A DNA stretch of 64,000 bases. It comes from a virus. Both the position numbers and the translations under genes were made by a program. Every line of letters starts with the position of its first letter. The stretch's first letter is position 1. The notes under the pieces are model-generated. The model saw only the letters and a list, made by a program, of their open reading frames with translations, searched no databases and was not told where the DNA came from. Shown one piece after another: positions 1-11,577 of the stretch. The DNA lies in IMG/VR virus record IMGVR_UViG_3300050015_000702; one strand, 5' to 3'.

Positions 1-387
1 GGAAGAACTAAACTCTATGGTGGATTAGATTTTCCTTCAATTGCAGAAGTTTCTGCAAACAAAATTTTATATTACGATTCTTCTACTTATCATGTTACCT
101 TTGGAAATGCTCCATTGGCGGTAACTACTCTTTCCGCTTTAACCGATGTTTCGATCTCAGGTTTAGCAGATCAAAATTTATTACAATATGATGTTGCTTC
201 TGGAAAATGGAAAAATATTGCACCTCTTGATGCATCAGCTTATTTCCAGAAAAAAGTAGTTTATAATTCTATTCCTGGAAGTGTTACTACAGGATCGGCC
301 GGAGACGTGGTTTATGATTCTTCATACTTATACGTATGTACGAGTACAAATAAATGGGGAAGAGTATTACTAGATTACGCATTTTAA
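1..387 (+). CDS. Tail fibre-like protein, C-terminal part (5'-truncated by the window)
   Basis: Frame is open from base 1 (GRTKLYGGLDF...). Contains LSALTDVSI..LLQYD...KWKN and the terminal GDVVYDSSYLYVC...KWGRV motifs typical of phage fibre modules. Confidence 0.6.
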   Translation, partial: GRTKLYGGLDFPSIAEVSANKILYYDSSTYHVTFGNAPLAVTTLSALTDVSISGLADQNLLQYDVASGKWKNIAPLDASAYFQKKVVYNSIPGSVTTGSAGDVVYDSSYLYVCTSTNKWGRVLLDYAF

Positions 388-404
388 AAAATAAAATATA
401 AGAT

Positions 405-1949
405 ATGCCTTCAAAGATACTATCTTGGAATAATATACCAATTACCTATAATCATTTTCCAGTTCAATTTTCTATTCCTCGTATTGACGATATTTTAAGT
501 AAATTTGATACGTGGTATAGTTCTTCTGCTCCGGTAGGAAACTTATCTATACATTTGCAAGGATTAAATAATTCATGGCCAACCAGCGGATATTATAATC
601 CAAATATTCAAAATCTTTATGTTACATTTGGATTAGCAGGACAAGATGTATCCATAATTATTAATCTTCAACCTGTTAAATTTAATATTATTATTGATAC
701 TTCAATGTGGGTTAATTTAGGGGATTCCTCTATTGCTTATACAGGAGCATTTACTCCAGCTGATTTAACTTGGGGATTCTGGCCGGGAACAGCAAGATCT
801 ACTCCGGTTTATAATGGCAAATCTTATTGGTCCTGGGACGGCGGAATTTATGCAAGTCCAACTGGAACTATGATCATTGATCTATCAACCCACAATGCTG
901 AATTTTTAGCTAATGGATACAAAGTTATCAATGGGGATTACTATGATGCAAATATCAACTGTATGTCAATGAATATTTCCGATCATGGATTCTTCTCTTC
1001 AATCTGCAGTATTGGAAGTTTAAGATCTTTCTGGAAATATGATATTAGCACTAATACTGGACAAAATTTCAACAAATCCTATCCTTATATAGGTTACCCA
1101 ATTGGAGATGACTATGCTCCTTATCCTGATGGGGTAACTTTGGAACAAGGATGGTATCATGAAGGTGGAAATACTATGTATGTTTTATCATTCTTTAATG
1201 ATTATCCTTCAGAAACAGCTTTACTTCAATACCATTATGATTCAAGTACAATGTATCGATTCGATGAACTTGGATTCAGAAATGCTAGTACTGGTGTTCC
1301 AGTTCAGATAAATGGTATCCCATTACCAGCAGGAACTCCAGAAACCATCTTAAATGAAACACACGGAGGAAGACTATTTTTAACTTTTAACTCGAGTATC
1401 TGGATGTATAACATATCTTCAAGTACTGGATATTTTATGAGTGAAACAGGTTTATTCGATGGTACTTCAACTATTAATTATGATTCTAGTTCTTTAATTC
1501 CTAATTTTTTATCTTCGAATTTATTAAGAAGTCATGACCAATATCTTATTTTCGGAAGCGCAATTGGTAATGAAATTTGGAAATATGACGTTTCAAACAA
1601 TAAATTTATTGAGAAAATAACAATAGGAGAAATTGTAAATGAAGCCAGCATAGCTCATAATTTTTCTGGGGATCCAATTGTAGGGGTTTTAAATGATTTC
1701 GAATATGACGTAATAAATCACAAATTATTCCTTACTACGGATTCTTCTTGGAGAAGCTTCTATATGTTTAATCTTGATGAATGGACAATAACCCAAATCG
1801 ATGCGTCTCATATAAGTAATGGAAATAGTGTAGACTTAATTGCAAATACAGCTCCAATGAGTTTGGATACTATAAATAAGAAAATGGTATTTAGTGCAGG
1901 GGGAAATACGGATCTATCAGATAAGAGCTTATATGAAATTGCTTATTAA
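405..1949 (+). CDS. Putative virion structural protein, probable beta-propeller
   Basis: 514-aa ORF in the structural operon with repeated W-x-Y-D/N-x-S blade-like motifs (FWKYDIS, IWMYNIS, IWKYDVS). Confidence 0.5.
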   Translation: MPSKILSWNNIPITYNHFPVQFSIPRIDDILSKFDTWYSSSAPVGNLSIHLQGLNNSWPTSGYYNPNIQNLYVTFGLAGQDVSIIINLQPVKFNIIIDTSMWVNLGDSSIAYTGAFTPADLTWGFWPGTARSTPVYNGKSYWSWDGGIYASPTGTMIIDLSTHNAEFLANGYKVINGDYYDANINCMSMNISDHGFFSSICSIGSLRSFWKYDISTNTGQNFNKSYPYIGYPIGDDYAPYPDGVTLEQGWYHEGGNTMYVLSFFNDYPSETALLQYHYDSSTMYRFDELGFRNASTGVPVQINGIPLPAGTPETILNETHGGRLFLTFNSSIWMYNISSSTGYFMSETGLFDGTSTINYDSSSLIPNFLSSNLLRSHDQYLIFGSAIGNEIWKYDVSNNKFIEKITIGEIVNEASIAHNFSGDPIVGVLNDFEYDVINHKLFLTTDSSWRSFYMFNLDEWTITQIDASHISNGNSVDLIANTAPMSLDTINKKMVFSAGGNTDLSDKSLYEIAY

Positions 1950-1971
1950 AATCAACACTCTAATTAATTTG

Positions 1972-1988
1972 GAATATATAAAATAAAA
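1972..1988 (+). promoter_or_regulatory. Phage late promoter (ATATATAxATAAA, T4 TATAAATA-like)
   Basis: GAATATATAAAATAAAA lies 10 nt before the ATG at 1999. The same motif recurs at about 18 intergenic sites. Confidence 0.75.
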
Positions 1989-1998
1989 CTATAAAAAT

Positions 1999-3897
1999 AT
2001 GTCAAGAGTAACACCCTTTGTCAAAAGAATGCGAACCAATGGGGGAACTATTTATACTTTTAACTCTGCTGTTGAAGACATTGGTCTTAACATTAATGAG
2101 AGAAATAACGTTGTAAAAATTTCCAATTTTGCGCTCTTAAATATTCCTCGAATTGACTATCCGGAAATCCAGGATCAAAATGGAATTCTCGAGAATAGAT
2201 TCAATCTTAAAGCTATTCCAGGGTCTCTTGAATATTGGAACTACCCAGGTATAAAAGATGGCCGAGTTCTTATTGCAGAAAGTTTTCAGAACTATGCTTT
2301 AAACTTAGAAGCTAATCTTCTGGATTCATCAACTTATGATCAGTCACTTCAGAAAACCGTTGCTGAAAGGGTATTTTGGAAATGGTTAAAAGAAACTGGA
2401 GCTATTCGTTGGTCCCCAGATGGTTCAGGTAACTGGATCGAAGAAACCGAAACTCAAGTAGATAGTTCTGTAGGGTATCAATCAGTTGTAAAATATGTTG
2501 GTCAAGTTACTGCAGGTAACGTTAGATCAGATTCCTTTGGAACTTACAATGAAACTTATATCCTAGTTCCTACGTCTCATGGCGAAGTCGAGGCACACTT
2601 TGAACAAGTTGAGGATACAAACTATGCTCATGGAATGGAAATCGGTAACTTAACCGAAAATATTCTTGGAAGAGAGGGATATACGAAGCCTCATCCCGAT
2701 GGACTTTCTTATTTAGGATATTATGACTTTATAGAAGATCCTTCCACAATTGTTCAAAACAATTATGCTTCTCCCTATCCTGTTTATAATCTTACATATA
2801 AGTATAATATTAATGACCCATCATCAGCATGGTATCCAGGATCATGGTTCACAGCCGAAGGAACAACTCCTATGTCAGCTAAAAACGCTTACTTGATCGA
2901 TACTTCTGCTTACATTACAAATGGAAAATATAAAACACAGTTAAGATATTCTGAAGCTCCTTCAGGATTAGATCCAATTGAATTTCAACGTTCAAACGTG
3001 GATTGTATACAGCTTATCTGGGATTTAAACAAACTAAAAATCATCTATAATGATCCAACTTTAACCTTTGATAAATTAGCTCAGCAAGGTCCAAGCGGAT
3101 ATAGCATTAATGATGCTTTTGAATTTAATGCAGCTTTAATTTATTACACAATTTATAACTCAGTTCAGGATACAGTTTTAGCTGTTAACCTATTAGGAAT
3201 TTTATTTTTAGATGCTCCTTCAGGAAATAGCGCAAATATTGGTCTTGGTGCAGGAATAATTATTCCATCTCTTGAGAAGATTCAGAGTAATGCGGCCGGA
3301 TTTGGAACTTCATATTCATTACGTTTAAACATCAGGACCGATAATATGACCGATGATACTCAAGCGATTATTTATGATGAGTCAACTTCGAGCCAACTAT
3401 ATGCAGAAGATTGGAATGAAGCTTTCTTCCAGCTAGGACAAGCAGTAAATATCCTTACACAAAATAACAGTACAATTAATTATATTTCAAATCAATACAA
3501 TGAACTAGCAAATGCTCAGACTCAAATGGGTAATAGCTTAACAGCTTTGCAGCAACAAGTAAATACCATTAGTAGAGATATAATCGGAACTACAGGTGCA
3601 ATAGCCATGTATACTGACGGAGCGGATCCAATTGGGGATTCCTCAATATTCCAGATAAATGGAAATATTGGGATGTTTACAACGAATCCAACCTGGCCAG
3701 TTCAAATTGATGCAAGTCTTAAAACCAAAGACATCTATGTTGAAAATTCAGTTAGAGATGTTTCCGGAAATATTTTAATTGGACAAGGATCGCCATTCCA
3801 AATGGGTGGTTGGGTTTTTGAACCATCCGGAAACAATCTGATGCTTAAATTTGGAACAACTACATTTACATTCACTACTGATGGCAGCATAATTTAA
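1999..3897 (+). CDS. Putative tail/baseplate structural protein
   Basis: 632 aa with a late promoter, a coiled coil near the C-terminus and a fibre-like 'GNIGMFTTNP' motif. Confidence 0.55.
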   Translation: MSRVTPFVKRMRTNGGTIYTFNSAVEDIGLNINERNNVVKISNFALLNIPRIDYPEIQDQNGILENRFNLKAIPGSLEYWNYPGIKDGRVLIAESFQNYALNLEANLLDSSTYDQSLQKTVAERVFWKWLKETGAIRWSPDGSGNWIEETETQVDSSVGYQSVVKYVGQVTAGNVRSDSFGTYNETYILVPTSHGEVEAHFEQVEDTNYAHGMEIGNLTENILGREGYTKPHPDGLSYLGYYDFIEDPSTIVQNNYASPYPVYNLTYKYNINDPSSAWYPGSWFTAEGTTPMSAKNAYLIDTSAYITNGKYKTQLRYSEAPSGLDPIEFQRSNVDCIQLIWDLNKLKIIYNDPTLTFDKLAQQGPSGYSINDAFEFNAALIYYTIYNSVQDTVLAVNLLGILFLDAPSGNSANIGLGAGIIIPSLEKIQSNAAGFGTSYSLRLNIRTDNMTDDTQAIIYDESTSSQLYAEDWNEAFFQLGQAVNILTQNNSTINYISNQYNELANAQTQMGNSLTALQQQVNTISRDIIGTTGAIAMYTDGADPIGDSSIFQINGNIGMFTTNPTWPVQIDASLKTKDIYVENSVRDVSGNILIGQGSPFQMGGWVFEPSGNNLMLKFGTTTFTFTTDGSII

Positions 3898-3902
3898 ATA
3901 AT

Positions 3903-4538
3903 ATGAATTTCTACGTTTATTTAATTCAAAATAACATTACCAAGAAAAAATATATTGGTAGTAGAATGGCATATAAAGGGGAAGATCCTTTAAATGATAA
4001 GTATATGGGGTCTTCTAAACATTTAAATGAAGACTACAAAGTATATGGTATTGAAAATTTCTCAAAAGAAATCTTACAGTCAAACTATACAGATAAAATT
4101 GAGATGATAAAAGGCGAATCCTTTTATATGAGACAATATAATACTTTTGAACCAAATGGATATAATAGATACGATCCAGCCGACAGAATAGGATTTCATG
4201 TGGGTGGATGTAAAAAAAGCGAACAATCAAAGGAAAAACAAAGCAAATCCTCCGCAGGAAATTCTCCATGGAACAAAGGAAAAAAAGGTTTGCAACATCA
4301 TTCCGAAAAAACTAAAGAACAAATATCTACTAATACTAAAGGAGAAAATAATCACAATTTTGGAAAAACTTTTGCACCAGAGAAAAATCCGATGTTTGGA
4401 AAAACTGGTGAAAATCATCCTTGTTTTGGAACAAAAAGAAAACGAGTAATCTGTGAATATTGTAAAAAAGAAATTCCAACAAATATATATTCTTTATGTC
4501 ACGGAGACAAATGTAAATCTAAAAAAATCGCAATATAA
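3903..4538 (+). CDS. GIY-YIG homing endonuclease (Seg-like) with NUMOD3 repeats and C-terminal Zn finger
   Basis: YVYLIQN..KKYIGS, YMGSS, PNGYN; HSEKTKEQIS and NPMFGK repeats; CEYC..CHGDKC. Confidence 0.85.
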   Translation: MNFYVYLIQNNITKKKYIGSRMAYKGEDPLNDKYMGSSKHLNEDYKVYGIENFSKEILQSNYTDKIEMIKGESFYMRQYNTFEPNGYNRYDPADRIGFHVGGCKKSEQSKEKQSKSSAGNSPWNKGKKGLQHHSEKTKEQISTNTKGENNHNFGKTFAPEKNPMFGKTGENHPCFGTKRKRVICEYCKKEIPTNIYSLCHGDKCKSKKIAI

Positions 4539-6853
4539 TGGCTCAAAACGTAAATTCATTCACCGAAACTGTAAAAACGCTTACCCAAAATGTAAACGTT
4601 GCTTTACAATCCATGGTTCAGATGAATAATTCAATGACTACGCAATCGGATTTTGTAGTTATATCAGTGGTGGGAACCGACCCGATAACTGGCGACGCAT
4701 CCACTTTTACCTATCATATTCCATCTTTCAATTCTCTACTCACTCAAATGAATAGAGTAGTTAATACGGTGGACACTTTTGTATCTGGTAATGGAGTCGT
4801 TTTATTAAAGGATGGAACTTATCGCCAGGTAACTACAATACCCGTAGCAAAATCTCCTGTAGCTATTACAACATTGGCTGCTCCAACAACATTCCAAACT
4901 CGTACAAACTGGTTTTTTGAGAATATGATGTTTCCCGAACTTATTGTTGAATTTGATCTTAAAGGATTAATCGATGATAGGTCAGATAGAGTTACAGTTA
5001 GAAGGGTTCTTTTTGATAACCCGGATGCCGAAGCTACCCAATGGTTTAAAGATAATTTTCTTGGGGTTACTCGCGATTATCAGGAAACAATAGATTTCTT
5101 AAACGTAAATGCAAAAACCTATTTTATTGATGATGAAGTCTTAAATCTTCCTCTAAATCCAACACAGTATACCGGTAGCTTCTTAATTACAAATAGACAA
5201 GTTATAAATAACGTTGAATGGTTTTATCTTGATACACTTAACTATGGTTTAACCTCAGATGGTACCGTTGTAAAGAATATCCAATTAAAAATTAACGATC
5301 AGCTTCGTTACGCTGATAGTTTATATGTAGTTAATTCTATTGATGTTACAGAAAAAAGGGTTCAGCTTACAGCCACAGTTGGTTTTGGAAAGCCTTCTAT
5401 CAATGGTTCTTTCAATATTTACTCAACTCCATTTGCAACTAAGCTAGTTGATATTCCAGTTGGATACGATGAATGCGATATTATTTTCTTCAAAGGAGTT
5501 AATGATGACTTTAATATTATCGCCGATGATTGGGGAAATTCGGTAAACTTCTATACAAATGATTTAGTCCTGGTTGACAGCACAGTTACATTCCAGCAAT
5601 ACTATAATTCATTTGTTCAGGACTTTGGAAGACAGCTTGAAGGACAAGCTAGAGAAGGATTTATTCCAGCATTCTTTGGAGTTAATCCAGACGCTCCTGT
5701 TTTTGCAGCTACAAACTTCAATGTAACTCAGATCAATACTCAACTTAATGCAGCGATAGATGTTGCATCAGTTAAGCAGACACAAGCTCAGATTGAATCT
5801 TTAAAAACCATTATCAATAGTTTAAAGAATACAATCAGCAACCAGAAATCAGAATTGGTTCAATTAACCTCTTCTTCCGAACGTGCTGACTTACAATCAA
5901 AGATCAATAGCAACATTATATCTCTTTCTAATAATACGGTTCAATATCAGTCATTAGTAAGATCTTTAGCAACTATAGCTTATGAAAATAATTCTGTTGC
6001 AGTTAGCCCTAAATATAGAATTCGCGGATTCTTTGATATTCCTTCCCCAAAACCAATCGAGTTAGGAAATAGTCCGCAGACTCAGCAAATTATACAATTT
6101 GAAACTGCTTATAGATATTTAAGACTGGATAATACAGGAAATCCTCTAAATACTATTACTTATGCTGATCCTTCAACTGGTCAGAATATTTCAGGAGTAT
6201 TTTCAGATTGGACACTTAATCTTGGACCAGTTCTTCAGAAAACATTTGACACTAGTACAAACAAATACATCTGGAAACCGGAGACAATTGCTAATGGTGA
6301 TGTAGTAAATATTAACCAGCTAGATGTTCCAATTCAAAAGGGAGAAAACGTTCAAATTAAAATCCGTTCTATCTCTGAAGCAGGATGGCCTTTGAACCCG
6401 CTTAAATCCGATTGGTCTCAGCCAGTTACTGTTACTTTCCCAGCAAATCTTTCAGGAACGGATCAGGTAGCTAATATTCTTACTGAAGCTGCTTCTGAAG
6501 AAGCTGCAATTCAATTGGATCAGACTTTAAGTTCTGCAGGTATTTATACCCACATGGACGACAGCATTCCTAACCCAGCTTCTGGCAGTGGATCTTATTT
6601 TAAACACCAAGCACAATTTTTAGAGTATACTGTTTCAACAAAAGATCAAACAGGAAAAATTACTAAACAAAATTCTGTAGATATTCAGAGTACAATAGAT
6701 AATCTACCAAATAATGCTTATGTTACTCTTACAAAACCCACCGGAGCTACTTCCCCGCAACCTAATATTACGGGGACTTTACAATTATTTTTCCAGGCAA
6801 TTGTAAATATGGATCCATCCATTTATGATGAATTTGATACATTAATCGTATAA
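4538..6853 (+). CDS. Putative virion structural protein (baseplate/tail region)
   Basis: 771 aa, coupled by TAATG. Central coiled coil and an FN3-like segment (VQIKIRSISEAGW...SDWS). Confidence 0.5.
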   Translation: MAQNVNSFTETVKTLTQNVNVALQSMVQMNNSMTTQSDFVVISVVGTDPITGDASTFTYHIPSFNSLLTQMNRVVNTVDTFVSGNGVVLLKDGTYRQVTTIPVAKSPVAITTLAAPTTFQTRTNWFFENMMFPELIVEFDLKGLIDDRSDRVTVRRVLFDNPDAEATQWFKDNFLGVTRDYQETIDFLNVNAKTYFIDDEVLNLPLNPTQYTGSFLITNRQVINNVEWFYLDTLNYGLTSDGTVVKNIQLKINDQLRYADSLYVVNSIDVTEKRVQLTATVGFGKPSINGSFNIYSTPFATKLVDIPVGYDECDIIFFKGVNDDFNIIADDWGNSVNFYTNDLVLVDSTVTFQQYYNSFVQDFGRQLEGQAREGFIPAFFGVNPDAPVFAATNFNVTQINTQLNAAIDVASVKQTQAQIESLKTIINSLKNTISNQKSELVQLTSSSERADLQSKINSNIISLSNNTVQYQSLVRSLATIAYENNSVAVSPKYRIRGFFDIPSPKPIELGNSPQTQQIIQFETAYRYLRLDNTGNPLNTITYADPSTGQNISGVFSDWTLNLGPVLQKTFDTSTNKYIWKPETIANGDVVNINQLDVPIQKGENVQIKIRSISEAGWPLNPLKSDWSQPVTVTFPANLSGTDQVANILTEAASEEAAIQLDQTLSSAGIYTHMDDSIPNPASGSGSYFKHQAQFLEYTVSTKDQTGKITKQNSVDIQSTIDNLPNNAYVTLTKPTGATSPQPNITGTLQLFFQAIVNMDPSIYDEFDTLIV

Positions 6854-6858
6854 TTAAG

Positions 6859-9800
6859 ATGATAAAACAGTTTACTGAAAACGCGATACTAACAACCCAG
6901 AACCCCGAATGCTTTTTAAATTTTGCTTATGAAGCACCAGATCCAAGTTTATGGATTGTTCCAGAAGTTGTTACGGGATTAGGAAAATATCTCGTAAATG
7001 GGATTGATGTACAAAGTGCAAGTGTTGGATATGCTCTTCACTTAAGTGACCAAGATTTTAGAGCATCTTTTCTGATCTACACTTCTCATCTTGAAGACTT
7101 TGATTCAAGCTTGCATTTCAGAATTTATAACAATGCCGCTTGTACCACATTAGTTGACGTTAAATCAGTAAATATTTACAACCGTCAATTTCAAATTACT
7201 TCTGACCAAATTAATTCCTTGGTTAACCAGAATATTTTAATTGATGACGAAGCATCCTATCTTGTTTTAAGAACTAACCCAAAATTTTCAGGAAACATCA
7301 AGCTTATAGTTGATGTTAGTGAGAATCTTTTCCTTGATACATTCCAAATTTCAGATATTCTAAATAATAAGAAATACAGGAAACAGCAAGTATCCGGAAA
7401 TAGCGTTTACTCAGGGGATGTTCGTAATGTATTTAGCAGTCTTCCCAAAGGAGAACTTTATAGAGTATCTGTCAATGATGCTTTAAATATAGCTGTACCA
7501 AAAACAGATTTATTCAATCAGTATGATACAACATACAATTATGGTGCTAGACTTCTTATGGATGATCTTTATACCGAAGATAATGGGGTACTTGCTCCCC
7601 TTTGGATAAATCAAACTCTACCAGATTTCTTTGCTTTATTTAGATTGCCGGGAACTTTTAACCCTGAAACTTATGCAGTTACCCCCGATTTAACTAATCT
7701 TGCTTTCAAATATTTAGAAGAGTCGGAATTAATTAAAAGCTGGTCTTTAAAGAAGGGTTCTACTTTAGGAACTTATTTGGATCATCACTTAAGCGATATA
7801 ACGAGTAATCCGGCCCCTGTATTCCTATCTCTACCAGATACTTCAATTTTATTCGGAGATAGCGACCCAAATACATGGTATGGTGTTGCTATTGATAAGG
7901 GCATTGTTACAGGAAGATCCGAAACCCAATATTTCTTTGAACAAAACCAGCAAAATTTTGCACAGCTTAACCAATTCATATCCAGTGGATTTGAAAGAAA
8001 TAATTTAGTATGTTCTAATCTTATAAATCTTCAATACATTTTTGATGACAATGATGTTAGTTTATATTCAATGAGCCGATATTTTGGATTCTACTTAACA
8101 GAGAACCCATTATACAAGTTTGCTTATTACATGGATACATCTACGTCTGATCTTATGTTTCTTTCATTAGATGGAAAAGATAGCAGCTTATTTATAGATT
8201 CTAGCATTCTTTGGGATGCATCAGGAAATGTGACTGCCGAATTCAGCAATAGAATTTTCACCTTAAATGGAGGAGATAGTCTTATCAGAATTAAGAATAT
8301 AAATCCTTTTATAACTGATGATGAAACTATTCAGGATTTTATTAATAAGCCAGGAGTCAATTTATTCGACGTGGCTGTTAAAAAAGAAAAGATAAATCCT
8401 TTTGCTACAATTAAACTTAATACCCAACTACACGGTGGGGATCACATAAGAGTTCTCAATAAAACTACTGGAAAAATATGGGAAGCTTATGGAGCTCCAA
8501 CAGATCCTTATAAATATGTTGCAAAACATACAACTCCCGAATACCCAATACTTTATCAAACTAGTTTTAATACAGCTTTGGATATAGAAGGTCAGATTCA
8601 TTCATTATACGATGCATTTGATTTGTTCTCAAGTTATCCAGATTGCCCATTCCATGTAGAAACCAGAGGTTCAGATTGGTTTTCAATTATTTTAAATGAT
8701 GATGCAAGTTTTGGAGATGATTGGAAAATACAGAGAATTACATCTCAGACTAGACAGCAGCCAAATGATGAGAACTCAGTATTTAATACTTCCGCATCTC
8801 CATCAGATGTAAATTTCTTTAGATTTTTTACTCCAGATGCAAGCGATTTTTTAACTATTTCTTATGATGCTTCATATGGCCCCATTACATTTGAACTTTA
8901 TGGAGATCGTAGATCAATTGAAGTAAATTTTGTCAACTCAAGCGATAATATTCTTTGGTCTTTTGTAAGTGATGATAAAATCTTACAAAAATTTCAAAAT
9001 TATATGCTTTATCAAGAAACTAATGGAAGATACCGATTAATAAAAAAATTCGATATAAATTCTCATGAGTTTAATCTAGTCAGAGATCCTCTTACCCCCG
9101 ATGATAGAGTTTTAATAATGACTCCGAGCGACATAGCTTTATTTCATGGAAATTGGAACGCCTATGCAGCTTTCCCAATGTATTTTTCACTTATGGGTAT
9201 AAATCCTGTAAAAGATATTGATTACACCGTTTATGATTCAAGTCTTGGAGCAGTAAGTGAATATGTTTATAAAAGAGAAGGAGATGCAAGCACATGGTTT
9301 GTAAATCTTGCTCCTAAAGAGACACATACAATCGACTTTAGAGGATCCTTTGAAGTTCTCAGCGGGGATGGATCCATTTTAACTAATGGACTTTTCATTC
9401 CTTATAATGCTTCAACTAAATTTAATACTTTCAATAATGATAGAACGATTATTGCAAACAATCCAACAGTCCTTGGCTTCACAACTGTTCTTGACGGTTC
9501 GACAGTATTTACTTCATATGATCCATCTGTCAAAGAAGAAAACTTGGAAGACTACTACGTCAATAATAAATTACTCAAATATCCACTTACCACCCCAATA
9601 ATTTCATCTTGGGTAGGATTGGGAACAGATTGCAGAAATAATTTACTTAGATTTATTCTGGACGCTTCCATATTTGCACCGGATCCATCCGGAGTATCTA
9701 ATTTTCTCCCAACAGTTAATAACTACATAGATGAAATCTCATATCCTGTTTATAAATATTTAACCCCAGGAACTAGAAACTGGCAGGATTATGTATTCTA

Positions 9801-11553
9801 TGATATTAATGATGCTGTGTTATCTCAAGACGGGTCAACATATATCACCGTTAAGCAATTGATGTTTAATGAACCCTACTTAGATGTATTTTCCAAGTTG
9901 GTTTATTCAAATGATAATGTGGACGATACAAAAGTTCGTTCGACCATTCTTTATTACAACCAATACAAGAATAGCGTTGATACTATTTTCTTAGGATTAA
10001 ATCTTTCGCTTAAGGTTAGAGATACCGCAAGAAACTCTCTTAATATCAAGAACTATGATAAATACAGGTTTTCATTTATCTCTACTGCTTCTAAAAACAG
10101 AGATAACAGTCGCCCAGTAGAAGTTATCATTAATGAAAATACCCAAACCATTTTAATGATTTGGTACCAGGGAAACGACATATTGAATTACTCGTATAGA
10201 AATTCCTCTATTCTTCCCGGAAAAGCTCTTTTAAATGATTCTTCTGCAAATATCGATATGAAAGCATTTATGACGGGTAAAGATGTTTCCACCTATTCAT
10301 TTGTAAAAACCCCTTTTATTGTTAATAATGCTGCTACTAGTTTAGCTATCTTAAACTTATACAATCAGCATCCAGTAGGTGATTATCCTGCTAGCATGGC
10401 TAATCCGTATTCTCAGTTTAATTATAGCCCAACAATATTTAGTACTGTTTGGAATGCATTTACAGATGGAAATACGATTTTATTTGATGTAATGTCAGTT
10501 CCAAGATCCTACAATACTTTTAATCAAGTAGTTAGCTATGATTATGCCAGAAATGCTTTAACTTATGGTGAACATGTTATGAATTATGGCTATAAATATA
10601 ACACAAATGAAAATTTCTACAGAAACGGAACTTGTACATACGAGGATTTAGTTTATTTCTTATCGGCAAATCACGATAAGGTATTCTACTATATTATTTC
10701 TGGGGATACAGTTCTGAACAATTATGACTTTAGAGTTCCTCCATTTACCGTTTTAATCAATGATCCTAGAAATTATAAGGGTCTTAAAACTTTCAATGGT
10801 TGGTTTAAACCAAAATTTGATAATATTCTTGGATTTACAGTTGATGAACACAAGGATCTTATGGATATTGTTAAGACAGACTTCATGATGTGTAACACAA
10901 ATCTTAGGGTTTCTAATAATATTGATCAACTATGGTATAATAAAGTAGTTACTTCGGTTACCGACGCAGATGTTGTCAACGGAAATGCTATTCAGTTTAA
11001 GCCATCATTCAATACTTTTGAATCTCTTTGGGACGCAGGATATTATACTCTAGGCGATTCAACCCCTATTGATGGTTATAATTCAGGAACAGAACTTCCT
11101 TCATTCTTTGGATCGAAGCTAATTAAACTTCCGAATGAATTTCCAATCGATAGTTGGGATCCAACGGTAGCTTCATATACAGAAACAGATACAGAAATAA
11201 ATTTTTCATTTAATCTAACTGTAGCTCTTCAGAATATGTTCAAAGTTAATTATGATTTCATTCAGAATTGGAGTGCATTTTCAAATGCAGATGATGCTAT
11301 CAATTCTTATGTGAAAAATATTATCTTGCAGTATTACAATATTGGAATTGGAAAACTTGATACAACTTTGTATTCCAAACCATTTGATGGAACACTTTTA
11401 CACTATACTAACAACGGAGATTTTACTCCTGATGAAGCTATAAATGTAGATGCTGTCATGTCAGTAGAGAATAATGAATACATTTATAACATTACAGTTA
11501 AGAAAACGGGAAATCTTTCCTACTATGCAAAATTTATCCTTACGGAAAAGTAA
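6859..11553 (+). CDS. Large putative virion structural protein
   Basis: 1564-aa ORF in the structural operon, N/T/S/F-rich; no catalytic motif recognised. Confidence 0.5.
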   Translation: MIKQFTENAILTTQNPECFLNFAYEAPDPSLWIVPEVVTGLGKYLVNGIDVQSASVGYALHLSDQDFRASFLIYTSHLEDFDSSLHFRIYNNAACTTLVDVKSVNIYNRQFQITSDQINSLVNQNILIDDEASYLVLRTNPKFSGNIKLIVDVSENLFLDTFQISDILNNKKYRKQQVSGNSVYSGDVRNVFSSLPKGELYRVSVNDALNIAVPKTDLFNQYDTTYNYGARLLMDDLYTEDNGVLAPLWINQTLPDFFALFRLPGTFNPETYAVTPDLTNLAFKYLEESELIKSWSLKKGSTLGTYLDHHLSDITSNPAPVFLSLPDTSILFGDSDPNTWYGVAIDKGIVTGRSETQYFFEQNQQNFAQLNQFISSGFERNNLVCSNLINLQYIFDDNDVSLYSMSRYFGFYLTENPLYKFAYYMDTSTSDLMFLSLDGKDSSLFIDSSILWDASGNVTAEFSNRIFTLNGGDSLIRIKNINPFITDDETIQDFINKPGVNLFDVAVKKEKINPFATIKLNTQLHGGDHIRVLNKTTGKIWEAYGAPTDPYKYVAKHTTPEYPILYQTSFNTALDIEGQIHSLYDAFDLFSSYPDCPFHVETRGSDWFSIILNDDASFGDDWKIQRITSQTRQQPNDENSVFNTSASPSDVNFFRFFTPDASDFLTISYDASYGPITFELYGDRRSIEVNFVNSSDNILWSFVSDDKILQKFQNYMLYQETNGRYRLIKKFDINSHEFNLVRDPLTPDDRVLIMTPSDIALFHGNWNAYAAFPMYFSLMGINPVKDIDYTVYDSSLGAVSEYVYKREGDASTWFVNLAPKETHTIDFRGSFEVLSGDGSILTNGLFIPYNASTKFNTFNNDRTIIANNPTVLGFTTVLDGSTVFTSYDPSVKEENLEDYYVNNKLLKYPLTTPIISSWVGLGTDCRNNLLRFILDASIFAPDPSGVSNFLPTVNNYIDEISYPVYKYLTPGTRNWQDYVFYDINDAVLSQDGSTYITVKQLMFNEPYLDVFSKLVYSNDNVDDTKVRSTILYYNQYKNSVDTIFLGLNLSLKVRDTARNSLNIKNYDKYRFSFISTASKNRDNSRPVEVIINENTQTILMIWYQGNDILNYSYRNSSILPGKALLNDSSANIDMKAFMTGKDVSTYSFVKTPFIVNNAATSLAILNLYNQHPVGDYPASMANPYSQFNYSPTIFSTVWNAFTDGNTILFDVMSVPRSYNTFNQVVSYDYARNALTYGEHVMNYGYKYNTNENFYRNGTCTYEDLVYFLSANHDKVFYYIISGDTVLNNYDFRVPPFTVLINDPRNYKGLKTFNGWFKPKFDNILGFTVDEHKDLMDIVKTDFMMCNTNLRVSNNIDQLWYNKVVTSVTDADVVNGNAIQFKPSFNTFESLWDAGYYTLGDSTPIDGYNSGTELPSFFGSKLIKLPNEFPIDSWDPTVASYTETDTEINFSFNLTVALQNMFKVNYDFIQNWSAFSNADDAINSYVKNIILQYYNIGIGKLDTTLYSKPFDGTLLHYTNNGDFTPDEAINVDAVMSVENNEYIYNITVKKTGNLSYYAKFILTEK

Positions 11554-11554
11554 T

Positions 11555-11568
11555 AATATATAAAGAAA
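11555..11568 (+). promoter_or_regulatory. Phage late promoter
   Basis: AATATATAAAGAAA upstream of 11578. Confidence 0.65.
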
Positions 11569-11577
11569 CACGGTTAT